Source: Faecalibaculum rodentium
GTDB taxonomy: Bacteria; Bacillota_I; Bacilli_A; Erysipelotrichales; Erysipelotrichaceae
Direction of reading: 5' to 3'
DNA: 32,000 bases
NCBI RefSeq assembly: GCF_001564455.1
Contig: NZ_CP011391.1
Coordinates: 1,320,001-1,352,000 of the forward strand
The notes under the pieces were generated by a model that was given only the letters and a program-made list of their open reading frames with translations, made no database searches and was not told where the DNA came from. The position numbers were made by a program, and so were the translations under genes. Of the stretch, positions 1-9,025 are shown in pieces. The stretch's first letter is position 1. Each line of letters opens with the position of its first letter.

Positions 1-62
1 GAATGGTGCATTTGCGTCCCATTCGTCAGAGTGCCTTTGTGTCTTTGCCTGCAGTGGATGGC

Positions 63-725
63 TCAGGCCTGTTCAGTATTCGATTGTTCGGAGTTTTCCG
101 CCGGTGTCATTGCCGACTCTTCAGCCACTGCATCAGATTCCTGAACCGGATCCAGTTCCAGAAGTTCACGGATCTTCTGTTCCACTTCCCGCAGCCCGGT
201 CAATTCCACGCTGGAGACCGGCAGGATGTTTTTCACCGGGATCTGGATTTTCTTCGCAATGGCCTTCAGGTGGGCGGGCCGTTTGGTCTTCGGAACCTTG
301 TCGATCTTGGTCGCCACTATGACCACCGGAATGTGCATCTCCTTGAAGAAACCGATCATATCGATATCATCAGCCGTCGGGTCGTGCCGGGAATCCACCA
401 GCTGCACGACCGCCTTGATGTTCTCCCGGTTCTGGAAATAGTCATCCATCATCTGTCCCAGCTGCATCAGCTGGGATTTGCTCATTTTCGCATAGCCGTA
501 ACCCGGGACATCCACCAGCATCCAGTCGCCGTCAATGGCGAAGAAATTCAGAAGCCTCGTCTTGCCCGGGGTATTGCCGACATAGGCAAGCCGCTTCTTG
601 CCGGTGAAGGCATTGATGAAACTGGACTTGCCCACATTGCTTCGCCCGACGACCACAACCTCCGGCAGTTCGGACTCAGGCCAGCTGTCCCGCCCGCTGC
701 TGGAGACAACGAATTCGCTGTTCAT
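63..725 (-). CDS. engB: Ribosome-biogenesis GTPase EngB/YsxC (YihA family)
   Basis: 220-aa ORF with P-loop GRSNVGKSSFIN and later G-motifs (DVPGYG, ATKIDK). Its ATG shares one nt with the lon stop (TGATG). lon-engB adjacency is conserved in Bacillota. Confidence 0.9.
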   Translation of the reverse strand: MNSEFVVSSSGRDSWPESELPEVVVVGRSNVGKSSFINAFTGKKRLAYVGNTPGKTRLLNFFAIDGDWMLVDVPGYGYAKMSKSQLMQLGQMMDDYFQNRENIKAVVQLVDSRHDPTADDIDMIGFFKEMHIPVVIVATKIDKVPKTKRPAHLKAIAKKIQIPVKNILPVSSVELTGLREVEQKIRELLELDPVQESDAVAEESAMTPAENSEQSNTEQA

Positions 726-3028
726 CAGACCAGGGCCTCTTTCAGCACTTCCTGAGCCGTGGCAACGGGAACAAACCGGATGTGGTCCTTCACTTCCTGA
801 GGCACGTCCTCCAGGTCCTTGACGTTGCCCTTCGGGATCAGGATCGTATCGATCCCGGCACGGTGCGCAGCCAGGCTCTTTTCCTTCAGGCCGCCAATGG
901 GCAGCACATTGCCACGCAGCGTGACTTCACCGGTCATGGCGAGATTGGACTTTACAGGACGTTCCGAAAGGCAGCTCACAAGCGCCGTCGTCATGGTCAC
1001 ACCGGCACTGGGACCGTCCTTGGGAACAGCCCCTTCCGGTACATGCACATGAATGTCCAGCTTGCCGAAGCACTCCGGATCGATCCCGAATTCCTTCGCA
1101 TGGGAGCGGATGTAGTCCAGCGCAATGCTGGCACTTTCCTTCATGACATCCCCCAGCTGACCGGTCAGCACCAGATTGCCCTTGCCTTCGAACTTCGTGG
1201 CTTCGATCTGCAGGACATCCCCGCCAAAGCTGGTATAGGCCAGACCTGTCACTGTGCCGACCTGGTCCTGTTCTTCCCGCTTGCCGTAGTCTGTCTTTTC
1301 ATTCCCCAGCCACTCATGGACGAGGTCCTTATCCAGAGTGATGGACTCCTTGCCGTCCTTGAGGATCGCCAGCACGGTCTTCCGGGCAATCGCTGCAATG
1401 GTCCGCTCCAGCTGGCGGACACCGGCTTCCCTGGTATAGTACCGGACAAGGTACAGCAGCATGTCATCGCTGATGTGGAGCTGCTCCGGCGTCAGGCCGT
1501 TTTCCTTCAGCTGCTTGGGAACCAGGTGCTCACGGGCGATGTTCACCTTCTCCGCATCGGTGTAGCTGGACAGCTGGATGATTTCCAGACGGTCCTGCAG
1601 GGCAGGCGGAATGTTCTCCAGGTAGTTGGCCGTGGCAATGAAGAGTACGTTGGAGAGATCGTAATTCTCTTCAATGTAGTGATCTGAGAACACACTGTTC
1701 TGCTCCGGATCCAGCACCTCGAGCATGGCACTGGAGGGATCGCCCTTGTAATCCGAGGCCATCTTGTCGATTTCGTCAATCAGGAAGACCGGGTTGACCA
1801 CACTGGCTTTTTTCATGCCCTGAATGATTCGGCCAGGCAGCGCACCGAGATAGGTCCGTCTGTGTCCGCGGATCTCTGCCTCATCACGCACACCGCCCAG
1901 GCTCATCTTCACGAACTTCCGGTCCAGGGCCCGGGCCACGGATCTGGCCAGCGAGGTCTTGCCCACACCGGGAGGACCAACCAGGCAGATGATCGGTGCC
2001 TTCAGGCTGTTGGTCATCTGCTTCACCGCCAGGTACTCCATGATCCGCTCCTTGACCTTTTCCAGACCGTAGTGGTCTTCATCGAGGATCTTCTGCGCAT
2101 CGTTGAGGTCTTCGTTGTCCTTCGTGACCTGCCACCACGGCAGCTCCATCAGCCAGTCGATGTAGGCCTTGATCACCCCGGTTTCCCCGGATGCAGGCGG
2201 CAGGATCTCGTAGCGCGAGAGTTCATCCCGGACCTTGGCCTTGATGTACTCCGGATAGGGATTCTCGTCCAGGCGCTTCCGGATGTTCTCCACATCCTTG
2301 TCGATTTCCGCCACATCCCCGAGTTCTTCCTTGATCGCATGGATCTTCTCCCGGAGGTAATAGTCCTTCTGGCCCTGGTCAATGCGTTCCTTGACTGTTT
2401 CGTTGATCTTCTTTTCCACCTCGGACATTTTCTTTTCTTTTTCCATGTCCTGCAGCAGCATAACCAGACGATCGTTGATGCCCGGCGTTTCCAGATACTC
2501 CTGCTTGCGTTCGGTGGCCAGGGGGAATCCCTGCACGGCTTTGTCCGACAGGACATCCGCACCCACTCCCCGGGAGAGTTCCATCATGAGTTCCTTGGAC
2601 ATGAATTTTTCACCGGGATGCATCTGCTCGAAGGCCTGCGCGATCATCCGAACGAGCGCCACTTCCTCGGTTTCATCCTGCCGCTGGTTGGGAATCAGCT
2701 CGACTTCCCCCATATCAGAGGTCCCGTTGTCCACCCATTTTTTCAGGCGGACACGTTCCAGTCCGCGGAATTTCACGCGGATGAATTTGTCAAAACGGCG
2801 GACATGCCGGATTTCGCACAGAGTTCCCACCTCATAGAGGTCGTCCATACCCGGATCTTCCAGATCCATGCGTTTCTGGGAAAACAGGCAGATGAGATCT
2901 CCATGGTTGTCCTGTGCGTTTTCAATCGCCGCCAGACTGGCCGGCCGGCCCACGTCTATGACGACTTCCTGATCCGGAAATATGATCACCCCGCGGGTGC
3001 AGATCAGGGGATAGGTTTTCAATGTCAT
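725..3028 (-). CDS. lon: ATP-dependent Lon protease (LonA type)
   Basis: 767 aa. N-terminal LON substrate-binding domain, AAA+ Walker [10 protein letters not shown], and C-terminal protease domain with the PKDGPSAGV catalytic-Ser motif. Confidence 0.95.
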   Translation of the reverse strand: MTLKTYPLICTRGVIIFPDQEVVIDVGRPASLAAIENAQDNHGDLICLFSQKRMDLEDPGMDDLYEVGTLCEIRHVRRFDKFIRVKFRGLERVRLKKWVDNGTSDMGEVELIPNQRQDETEEVALVRMIAQAFEQMHPGEKFMSKELMMELSRGVGADVLSDKAVQGFPLATERKQEYLETPGINDRLVMLLQDMEKEKKMSEVEKKINETVKERIDQGQKDYYLREKIHAIKEELGDVAEIDKDVENIRKRLDENPYPEYIKAKVRDELSRYEILPPASGETGVIKAYIDWLMELPWWQVTKDNEDLNDAQKILDEDHYGLEKVKERIMEYLAVKQMTNSLKAPIICLVGPPGVGKTSLARSVARALDRKFVKMSLGGVRDEAEIRGHRRTYLGALPGRIIQGMKKASVVNPVFLIDEIDKMASDYKGDPSSAMLEVLDPEQNSVFSDHYIEENYDLSNVLFIATANYLENIPPALQDRLEIIQLSSYTDAEKVNIAREHLVPKQLKENGLTPEQLHISDDMLLYLVRYYTREAGVRQLERTIAAIARKTVLAILKDGKESITLDKDLVHEWLGNEKTDYGKREEQDQVGTVTGLAYTSFGGDVLQIEATKFEGKGNLVLTGQLGDVMKESASIALDYIRSHAKEFGIDPECFGKLDIHVHVPEGAVPKDGPSAGVTMTTALVSCLSERPVKSNLAMTGEVTLRGNVLPIGGLKEKSLAAHRAGIDTILIPKGNVKDLEDVPQEVKDHIRFVPVATAQEVLKEALV

Positions 3029-3053
3029 TGAGTCACCACTGTCTTTCTTTACA

Positions 3054-3078
3054 GAAAAAGACGCGAACGCGTCTTTTC
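3054..3078 (-). terminator. Rho-independent terminator downstream of tig
   Basis: On the minus strand, AAAGACGCG-TT-CGCGTCTTT is followed by TTCTG. A perfect GC-rich palindrome 11 nt after the tig stop. Confidence 0.5.
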
Positions 3079-3088
3079 CGGGTCTGAT

Positions 3089-4363
3089 TTATTCCTGAGC
3101 GTTCTTCTTCAGGAGATCGAGCGCTTTCTGCTGCTTGAGCGTGAAGACGATCTGATCCGGGTAGATCACCTGACGGATCTGCTCCACAGGCATGTGATAC
3201 ATCTCGGAGAGCATCTTGTATTCGTCGTTGATCATGTCCTCGGTGATGTCGATCTCAGCCTGGTTGGCCAGTGCTTCCAGCGTCAGCTGCATCTTTACGC
3301 GATTTTCCGCTTCCGGCTTCATCTGGGCACGGATGGCTGCCTTGTCCTGGCCGGTTGCCTGCAGGAACTGGTCGGCTGTGAAGCCTGCCTGGGAAATGTT
3401 CTGCTCGAACTCGCGGTACATGCGGTCCACTTCGCCTTCCGTCATGACTTCCGGCAGGTCAATCTTTGTCATGGCCTGCAGCTGGTTCAGGATATCGTTC
3501 GTGAATTCATCCTCTGCGGCCTTTTCCTTCTGAGCCAGCAGGGCGTTCTTCGCTTCTTCCTTGTATTTCTCGACTGTTTCAATGCCGTCGCGTTTCAGGC
3601 GGACGATCAGCTCGTCGTTGATCTCCGGCAGTTCGCGGAACTTGATGTCGTGGGCCGTCACTTCAAATGTGGCAGGCTGTCCAGCCAGGTCGGCCACCTG
3701 GTAGTTTTCCGGGAAGGTCACTTCGATGGTGCGTTTCTCTTCCGGCTTGATGCCGACGAGCTGGTCTTCGAAGCCCGGAATGAAGGTGTTGCTTCCCAGA
3801 ACCAGCGGATAGTTTTCGCCGGATCCGCCTTCAAAGGGCGTGCCGTCCTTCATGCCGACAAAGTCGATGGTCACCTGGTCGCCGATTTCAGCGGGTTCGC
3901 CGTCTTCCTTGAGAACCCAGTCGGCGAAGTGGTCCTGCAGGTGCTGCATTTCCTGTTCGATTTCCTCTTCGGATACTTCCACGGCCTTTTTTTCCGCCTT
4001 GATGGATTTCCAGTCACCAAGTTCCACGTCCGGGCTCACGGTGCAGGTGAATTCCAGCGTGACGGATTTTTCCGTGGCATCCTTGACAGTCAGAACCGGA
4101 CGGGCCACCAGGTCCAGCTTGTATTCCTTTACGCCGCTGTCCAGTGCTTCCTGGGCAACCATGTTGGCAGCTTCTTCATAGACTGCCTGCGCGGGAATGG
4201 ATTTCTTTGCCAGTGCATCAGGCACCTGTCCCTTCCGGAACCCTTTCAGGTTCAGGTTTGCCTTCATGCGGTTGAAGGCCTTTGCACAGGCCTTTTCCCA
4301 GGGCTCGCCTTCCAGGGTTACGGTCAGTGTACCCGTTGAATTTTCCTGTTTAGTCCAGTTCAT
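3089..4363 (-). CDS. tig: Trigger factor (ribosome-associated chaperone / PPIase)
   Basis: 424 aa. N-terminal ribosome-binding signature GFRKGQVP, central FKBP-like segment, and typical length and architecture. Confidence 0.95.
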   Translation of the reverse strand: MNWTKQENSTGTLTVTLEGEPWEKACAKAFNRMKANLNLKGFRKGQVPDALAKKSIPAQAVYEEAANMVAQEALDSGVKEYKLDLVARPVLTVKDATEKSVTLEFTCTVSPDVELGDWKSIKAEKKAVEVSEEEIEQEMQHLQDHFADWVLKEDGEPAEIGDQVTIDFVGMKDGTPFEGGSGENYPLVLGSNTFIPGFEDQLVGIKPEEKRTIEVTFPENYQVADLAGQPATFEVTAHDIKFRELPEINDELIVRLKRDGIETVEKYKEEAKNALLAQKEKAAEDEFTNDILNQLQAMTKIDLPEVMTEGEVDRMYREFEQNISQAGFTADQFLQATGQDKAAIRAQMKPEAENRVKMQLTLEALANQAEIDITEDMINDEYKMLSEMYHMPVEQIRQVIYPDQIVFTLKQQKALDLLKKNAQE

Positions 4364-5088
4364 ATGGTGTTTGCTCCTCTTTTCTCGATGTTCAGGAGAA
4401 GATCTCCTGTCTCTGTCAGGCCGTTGGCGGCTGCAAATGCGTGCCAGCCGTCTTCCTGGCCCATCGCTTCATAAACCAATCGTACCACGCTTTTGGCAAG
4501 CAGCAGCGGATCGGTCTCTTGAAAGTCAAAGGGTCTTGCATTGAGCACTTCCTGCCGGAGCAGTCTGGTGCAGAACGCCGTCATGCCCGGATCCTGCGAA
4601 GAAAACCAGTGATCGAACAGTTCCATGGCACCGGTCAGACCGGCATCTTCCTGTGCCGGAACGATGGTGGCGGGAACAAATTCGATATCCAGGCCGTCCC
4701 TGCTGATGTGGAACGGTTCGTCGATTTTCTGCTCCATGAGGGATTCAATGAGTTCCCCCTTGAATTCATCCAGCAGATCCGAATCCAGCAGCTGCTGGAC
4801 CTGCGGTCCAAACTGCCGCAGATTCATGCCTTCCAGCATGCTGACTGCCATTTCCTGCTGCACAGGCGTGCCATGGATCCACTTTTCCAGATCCTGCACA
4901 CCCGGGATGCGGGGTGAAGTCACTGAAGCCTGGCAGTCCTGCCGCATTTCTTCCAGCACCGGCAGAATATCTCCCGGCACATACGGCATGTCCAGCTCCC
5001 CCTGGATCAGCTGCAGGGCAGCATTCCAGTGATTCAGCTGCATTTCTTCACGGATTTTTCCCAGCAGAGACTCGTAATAAGCGTTCAC
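4360..5088 (-). CDS. Hypothetical protein, co-transcribed and translationally coupled with tig (same position as B. subtilis ysoA)
   Basis: The ORF track extends to 5151, but a GTG at 5088 follows GGGAGGA. The stop overlaps the tig ATG (ATGA). I recognise no domain; the ysoA comparison is positional only. Confidence 0.6.
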   Translation of the reverse strand: MNAYYESLLGKIREEMQLNHWNAALQLIQGELDMPYVPGDILPVLEEMRQDCQASVTSPRIPGVQDLEKWIHGTPVQQEMAVSMLEGMNLRQFGPQVQQLLDSDLLDEFKGELIESLMEQKIDEPFHISRDGLDIEFVPATIVPAQEDAGLTGAMELFDHWFSSQDPGMTAFCTRLLRQEVLNARPFDFQETDPLLLAKSVVRLVYEAMGQEDGWHAFAAANGLTETGDLLLNIEKRGANTI

Positions 5089-5112
5089 AATTCCTCCCTG
5101 ACGTACCCGGAC

Positions 5113-5141
5113 ATTATAGCATTGCTTGTAACAGGGCGCAA
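5113..5141 (-). promoter_or_regulatory. Candidate sigma-A promoter for the hypothetical-tig operon
   Basis: Minus strand reads TTGCGC, a 17-nt spacer, then TGcTATAAT (extended -10). It lies about 25 nt upstream of the GTG at 5088. Confidence 0.45.
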
Positions 5142-5204
5142 CGAAGGACAAAATACGCTATAATAAGGAACACCGAATGGAAAAGAAAGAGGAACAAACG
5201 GACA

Positions 5205-6272
5205 ATGAAACGCATCCTGAAACTGAGTCTGCCCTTTGCGGCAGTGCTCCTGTTGCTCTTTGCCTGCCTGCCTGTTCAGGCCGCCGGTGACCTGCCCGCT
5301 GTCACGTCCTATGTGAATGACTATGCAGACATCATCAATCCGGCGGATGAACAGTCCATGGAAGACCTTGGCCGAAAGCTGGCTGACGAAACCGGCAGCC
5401 AGATCGTGGTGGTCACGACCGATTCCCTTGACGGCCTGGACGCAGCCCAGGCGGCAACGGCCATCGGCAATGAGGCACAGGTCGGATCAGGCAATCTGGA
5501 CAACGGCGTCGTGATCCTGGTTTCCATGAACGACAAACAGCGGTTCATGGCCATCGGATCCGGGCTTGAAGGCACGATCACCGACATCGATGCCGAACAC
5601 CTCCAGCAGGACTGGCTTGTCCCGGCATTCCAGGCCGGCGACTATTCCCGGGGCATGAAGGATCTCTACATGGCCACGGCGGAAGAAATCGAGTCGGGGA
5701 TCACAAACGGCGAACTGCAAAGTGATCCGCAGAAATACGGATACCAGGACGACGGCCTGTCACTGGGCAGTGTCATGGTCGTAGGCGGCCTTCTGCTGGC
5801 TCTGTCCTTCGCGGTGGTTTCCCTGTTTGCCGGCGGAAGCAGCGAACTGCGGCTGATGACAGGAGAACGCTACCGGATGAAGATCCGGGGCTTTGACTTC
5901 GACCAGGATACCGTCACGGTATTCAGCAGCAATCCAGAGGTGGTGCAGGCGAGAGCCGACGGCTGGCTCACGGCAATGAAGCCGGGCCGGGCACAGGTCA
6001 CGGTGGAAAAACCCGGATATGGCCAGAAGACCTTCAGTGTGCTGGTCTCCTCACGGAGAGGATATTCGGACCGCAGAAACGACGATCTGCTGGACGCCCT
6101 GTTCTGGGCCGGCTATGCCAGCAGCAGACGCCGCAACCGCTATGGCGGTTATGGCGGCGGATTCGGCAGCGGCCACAGTTCCGGCGGATTCGGAGGTGGC
6201 GGCTTTGGCGGCGGCGGGTTCTCCGGCGGAGGCGGCGGGTTCCGCGGCGGAGGCAGCGGCGGATCCTGGTGA
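5205..6272 (+). CDS. TPM-domain (YgcG-like) membrane protein with an internal Big_2-like domain and a Gly-rich tail
   Basis: The track ORF starts at 4914, but the ATG at 5205 follows AAAGAAAGAGGAA and opens a signal peptide (MKRILKLSLPFAAVLLLLFACLPVQAAG). TPM motif YVNDYADIINP...IVVVTTDSLDG, one TM helix, a Big_2-like stretch (FSSNPEVVQARADGWLTAMKPGRAQVTV), and a GGF/GGY tail. Confidence 0.8.
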   Translation: MKRILKLSLPFAAVLLLLFACLPVQAAGDLPAVTSYVNDYADIINPADEQSMEDLGRKLADETGSQIVVVTTDSLDGLDAAQAATAIGNEAQVGSGNLDNGVVILVSMNDKQRFMAIGSGLEGTITDIDAEHLQQDWLVPAFQAGDYSRGMKDLYMATAEEIESGITNGELQSDPQKYGYQDDGLSLGSVMVVGGLLLALSFAVVSLFAGGSSELRLMTGERYRMKIRGFDFDQDTVTVFSSNPEVVQARADGWLTAMKPGRAQVTVEKPGYGQKTFSVLVSSRRGYSDRRNDDLLDALFWAGYASSRRRNRYGGYGGGFGSGHSSGGFGGGGFGGGGFSGGGGGFRGGGSGGSW

Positions 6273-6295
6273 TCTGCCCTGGAAAGGAAGATACA

Positions 6296-6448
6296 ATGAG
6301 TGCAGCACTGACCTGGCTTGCCGTGATCGGCATTTTCATCGGTTCAATCCTGCTCATGATCGCCCTGGGCTGGATAACCAGCAAACTCTGGCACATGGCA
6401 GCGGACCACGACTACCGCAATGTATCCCGTCACGATGACGAGGACTGA
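6296..6448 (+). CDS. Small (50 aa) single-pass membrane protein, absent from the ORF track
   Basis: ATG at 6296 preceded by GGAAAGGAAG. Translates to MSAALTWLAVIGIFIGSILLMIALGWITSKLWHMAADHDYRNVSRHDDED. Sits in the 208-nt gap between the TPM gene and lemA on the same strand. Confidence 0.5.
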   Translation: MSAALTWLAVIGIFIGSILLMIALGWITSKLWHMAADHDYRNVSRHDDED

Positions 6449-6480
6449 ACACAAAGAAAAGACTGAAAGGATCAAACACT

Positions 6481-7098
6481 ATGAAGAAAAAATTTCCTGC
6501 CTGGGGCATCGTACTGATCGTACTGGCCATCATCGCCCTGATATTCGGGGTTTCTGTTATCTCTCCCTACAATACAATGGTGAAACTGGATGAACAGGTC
6601 ACGACCGCGCAGGCCAACATCCAGACGCAGCTGCAGTCGCGGCTGGACAAGATCAACGAGCTGATGCCCAGTGTCCAGGGAGTCATGGACCAGGAAGACG
6701 AAATCTACAAAGATATCGCAGCCCTGCGCTCCAATACCCCGGGTATCACCATGGATGCAGACGGCAACATGACCATTGACCCGAAGGCCAGCCTGACTGA
6801 CCTGGAATCGGCAGATGCCGCCAGCAGCCAGATGGTCCGGGACATCAACGTGGCGATGGAAAGCTATCCGGATCTGAAATCCAGTGATGTGATGCGGGAT
6901 TTCATGACGAGTGTGGAAGGTGCGGAAAACCGCATCAGCTATGCCAGGGAACAGTACAACGAGGATGTGCAGACCTATAACAGCTACATCCGCAGTTTCC
7001 CGCACAACCTGACAGCCGGCATGTTCGGATTCAGTCCCAGGGACAAATTCGAAGCCAGTGCCGCAGCACAGAATGCCCCCACGGTCAAGTTTGACTGA
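6481..7098 (+). CDS. lemA: LemA family membrane protein
   Basis: 205 aa. N-terminal TM helix followed by the LemA helical-bundle signature (YNTMVKLDEQV...QTQLQSRLDKI...YNEDVQTYNSYIRSFPHNL). LemA commonly pairs with TPM genes. Confidence 0.9.
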   Translation: MKKKFPAWGIVLIVLAIIALIFGVSVISPYNTMVKLDEQVTTAQANIQTQLQSRLDKINELMPSVQGVMDQEDEIYKDIAALRSNTPGITMDADGNMTIDPKASLTDLESADAASSQMVRDINVAMESYPDLKSSDVMRDFMTSVEGAENRISYAREQYNEDVQTYNSYIRSFPHNLTAGMFGFSPRDKFEASAAAQNAPTVKFD

Positions 7099-7121
7099 AG
7101 CCGGTCATCCATCACGAATGA

Positions 7122-7182
7122 GAAAACAGCCGCAGGCTTTCGGAAGGTCTATGAACCATCCGAAAAGCCTGCGGCTTTTCTG
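7122..7182. terminator. Bidirectional rho-independent terminator between convergent lemA and the DUF3781-ACT gene
   Basis: A stem of about 17 bp, AGCCGCAGGCTTTCGGA / TCCGAAAAGCCTGCGGCT. An A-run lies upstream and TTTTC downstream. Confidence 0.7.
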
Positions 7183-7207
7183 TGTGAAAACTGCTGTCTG
7201 CCGGCGT

Positions 7208-7837
7208 TCAACTCTCTGCCGGATCGCCAGGGAGAAAATGGTGCTGCTCAAGCATAGCCCTGGCCTTGTCCCACTGGTTTTCCGGGACAAAGACATAGTC
7301 TGTATTGAAGGTGGAGGTGGAAAACACCCCAATCCCGTTTCCAACCAGCAGCCGGGTCATTTTCGCGAAGTTGTCGACAAGATCCAGGTCCATGGTCTGG
7401 CGGACACGAAAACAGCGCCACGGACCACTGTGTTCCAGCACATTGTCCGGGATCCGGTCCTGTGGACAGATGAGGGAATGCTCCTGGTCGGTACAGGCGG
7501 TGAAACAGAACGGCTGGGTGGGATCCACGCGGGAGAAGTCCTTCAGGCTGCAGATGGCAAATGGCATCTTCAATGGCTCCACTGTCCCGTGGCGGCTGCG
7601 GTTTTTCTGGCCGGTATCAATGGCGAAGGTTCCGTCATGGATGGTGATCAGCGTATCCTGCCAGTGCACATGCCATTTTCGTCCCTTCAGGGTGATTTCC
7701 GCCCCTGGATCCAGCACGGCTTCCCGGACCCAGGTCACGGGATCCATCCGCACAAGCTCCAGATTGGCGCGCAGGCGCTGGGCAGCCATTTCCGAGGCGT
7801 GGATCCGGTCCGCGTTTTCCAGGAGTCTGTTCGTCAT
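7208..7837 (-). CDS. DUF3781-like N-terminal domain fused to an ACT_7-type ACT domain
   Basis: 209 aa. The N-terminus (RIHASEMAAQRLRANL...KGRKWHVHW...ITIHDGTFAI) resembles DUF3781. The C-terminus (PFAICSL...EHSLICP...GPWRCFRV...GIGVFSTSTFNTDYVFV) matches the ACT_7/CASTOR-type pattern. Family names are recalled, not searched. Confidence 0.65.
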   Translation of the reverse strand: MTNRLLENADRIHASEMAAQRLRANLELVRMDPVTWVREAVLDPGAEITLKGRKWHVHWQDTLITIHDGTFAIDTGQKNRSRHGTVEPLKMPFAICSLKDFSRVDPTQPFCFTACTDQEHSLICPQDRIPDNVLEHSGPWRCFRVRQTMDLDLVDNFAKMTRLLVGNGIGVFSTSTFNTDYVFVPENQWDKARAMLEQHHFLPGDPAES

Positions 7838-8622
7838 TCTTCTGCCCTCCTGTGACTCTTCACCTTTCTCCAGACAGCCTTGAGTTTCAGTGGACCCATC
7901 ATGCCTGCAGGGATTTCATGAAGAATGGTTCCCCTGGGATCCTGCCAGCCGACAAACCGGCAGCCTTTGCGGATCGCGGGATACAGAGGGACTGGATCGC
8001 TGCTCCGGCTGTATCTGACCGGATTCCGTCTTGCGTTGATCCCGCCATCCGTGTCATAGGTGACGGGAAACCAGCTGGATTTCCAGCCGGCATACAGCGT
8101 GGTGTCCGCCGTCAGCGGTTCACTGAAATCGAAGGGCCACCGGCAGTCCGGATCCAGGTACCAGCCGGTGAATTCTGCACCGAATTTCATCGGCGGGCGG
8201 AAGGAATCGAGATACCCGTTTTCGTCCGTTTCCCGGTCTTCGATCCGCCCCCCGCCATCAGTTTCAAAATGTACCACGTACAGCGGTGCAAAGGAGGCAT
8301 GCAGCCGGATGGGACGCGTGATCCGTTCGGGGAGGACGGAAATGCGCTCGCCTTCCAGGATCCAGCTGTCAAACCGGTATCCGGGTTTCCGGGCCGGATG
8401 CAGGGAGATCACGCCGGATTCCACACTGATGAACTGCGGGTTTTTCCGGGAATTGGTTCCGCCGTTCATGTCATAGGAGACCGGATACAGAATGGGTATC
8501 CACTTGTCGTACAGTGTAATGGCCGAGGGCAGCTTGCCCCCGGGGTTGATGCGCTTGGTTCTTGCTTCATCCACATACCAGCCTGCGAACTGGTATCCTG
8601 GTCTTTCCGCCTGATTGTCCAT
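7834..8622 (-). CDS. Flg_new (Listeria-Bacteroides / InlB B-repeat) repeat protein without a signal peptide
   Basis: 262 aa with about 3.5 repeats ending in G(Y/C)xFxGW...LYAxW-type motifs (GYQFAGWY, GYRFDSW, AEFTGWY, CRFVGW). The stop overlaps the downstream ATG (ATGA). An in-frame TAA lies 2 codons upstream of the ATG. Confidence 0.75.
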   Translation of the reverse strand: MDNQAERPGYQFAGWYVDEARTKRINPGGKLPSAITLYDKWIPILYPVSYDMNGGTNSRKNPQFISVESGVISLHPARKPGYRFDSWILEGERISVLPERITRPIRLHASFAPLYVVHFETDGGGRIEDRETDENGYLDSFRPPMKFGAEFTGWYLDPDCRWPFDFSEPLTADTTLYAGWKSSWFPVTYDTDGGINARRNPVRYSRSSDPVPLYPAIRKGCRFVGWQDPRGTILHEIPAGMMGPLKLKAVWRKVKSHRRAEE

Positions 8623-8630
8623 AAATTACC

Positions 8631-8659
8631 TTGCCCCTGTCTGTTTTCTCTGCTAAAAT
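8631..8659 (+). promoter_or_regulatory. Candidate sigma-A promoter for tRNA-Arg
   Basis: TTGCCC, a 17-nt spacer, then TAAAAT, ending 9 nt before the mature tRNA 5' end. Confidence 0.4.
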
Positions 8660-8668
8660 CATACATGT

Positions 8669-8745
8669 GTCCTTGTAGCTCAGTTGGATAGAGCATGCGC
8701 CTTCTAAGCGCACGGTCGGGGGTTCGAATCCCTCCAAGGACGCCA
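8669..8745 (+). tRNA. tRNA-Arg (anticodon UCU)
   Basis: Hand-folded cloverleaf. Acceptor GTCCTTG/CAAGGAC, D-arm GCTC-AGTTGGATA-GAGC, anticodon stem TGCGC/GCGCA with loop CT-TCT-AA, T-arm GGGGG-TTCGAAT-CCCTC, and an encoded CCA. Confidence 0.9.
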
Positions 8746-8766
8746 TTTTATCTGTATGTACCTGAG

Positions 8767-8797
8767 ACCGTCCGGAAATCCGGGCGGTTCTTTTTTG
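8767..8797 (+). terminator. Rho-independent terminator after tRNA-Arg
   Basis: ACCGTCCGG-AAAT-CCGGGCGGT (one G:U pair) followed by TCTTTTTTG. Confidence 0.65.
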
Positions 8798-9025
8798 TCT
8801 TGTCCTGTCACGCGGGTGACAAAGTTCAGCTCTTTGTTTCGCGACAACCTGATTATACCCAAGAGAGCCGGCTCCGTCACGCCGGCATGGACAAAGAACC
8901 GGCACGAAAAAGGACGAGACCTGCCCATGCAGAAAATCCCGTCCTTTTCTGCGGAAAACAGCCAGTCTGTATCCGCAGACAGTCCATCCCGTTTCCGGTT
9001 TCCGGTCAGTTTGACCCGATGCAGG

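Noticed and set aside
3-755. 250-aa plus-strand ORF at the left edge
   Set aside because: It lies entirely antisense to the well-supported engB gene. It has no recognisable motifs, and its composition (rich in Arg, His, Leu, Gly) is typical of shadow ORFs in GC-rich DNA.
3028-4363. Absence of clpX between tig and lon, unlike the B. subtilis order tig-clpX-lonB-lonA-ysxC
   Set aside because: This is ordinary synteny variation. clpX is probably encoded elsewhere, and nothing in the 60-nt tig-lon spacer suggests a deletion scar.
4914-5204. N-terminal 97-codon extension of the TPM ORF in the track
   Set aside because: The extension overlaps the divergent hypothetical-tig operon gene and its promoter, and it lacks an SD. 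The internal ATG at 5205 has a strong SD and starts a canonical signal peptide.
6120-6272. Tandem GGC/GGN-rich repeat that looks like a microsatellite or array
   Set aside because: It is in frame and encodes the Gly-rich (GGF/GGY) C-terminal tail typical of YgcG/TPM-family proteins. It is not a non-coding repeat or a CRISPR array.
8669-9025. tRNA-Arg as an integration site for a genomic island
   Set aside because: No integrase and no duplicated tRNA 3'-end (att) sequence were spotted downstream. The flanking genes (NfeD/SPFH, Flg_new) show no obvious compositional break. The only odd feature is the mid-repeat start of the neighbouring gene, reported separately.
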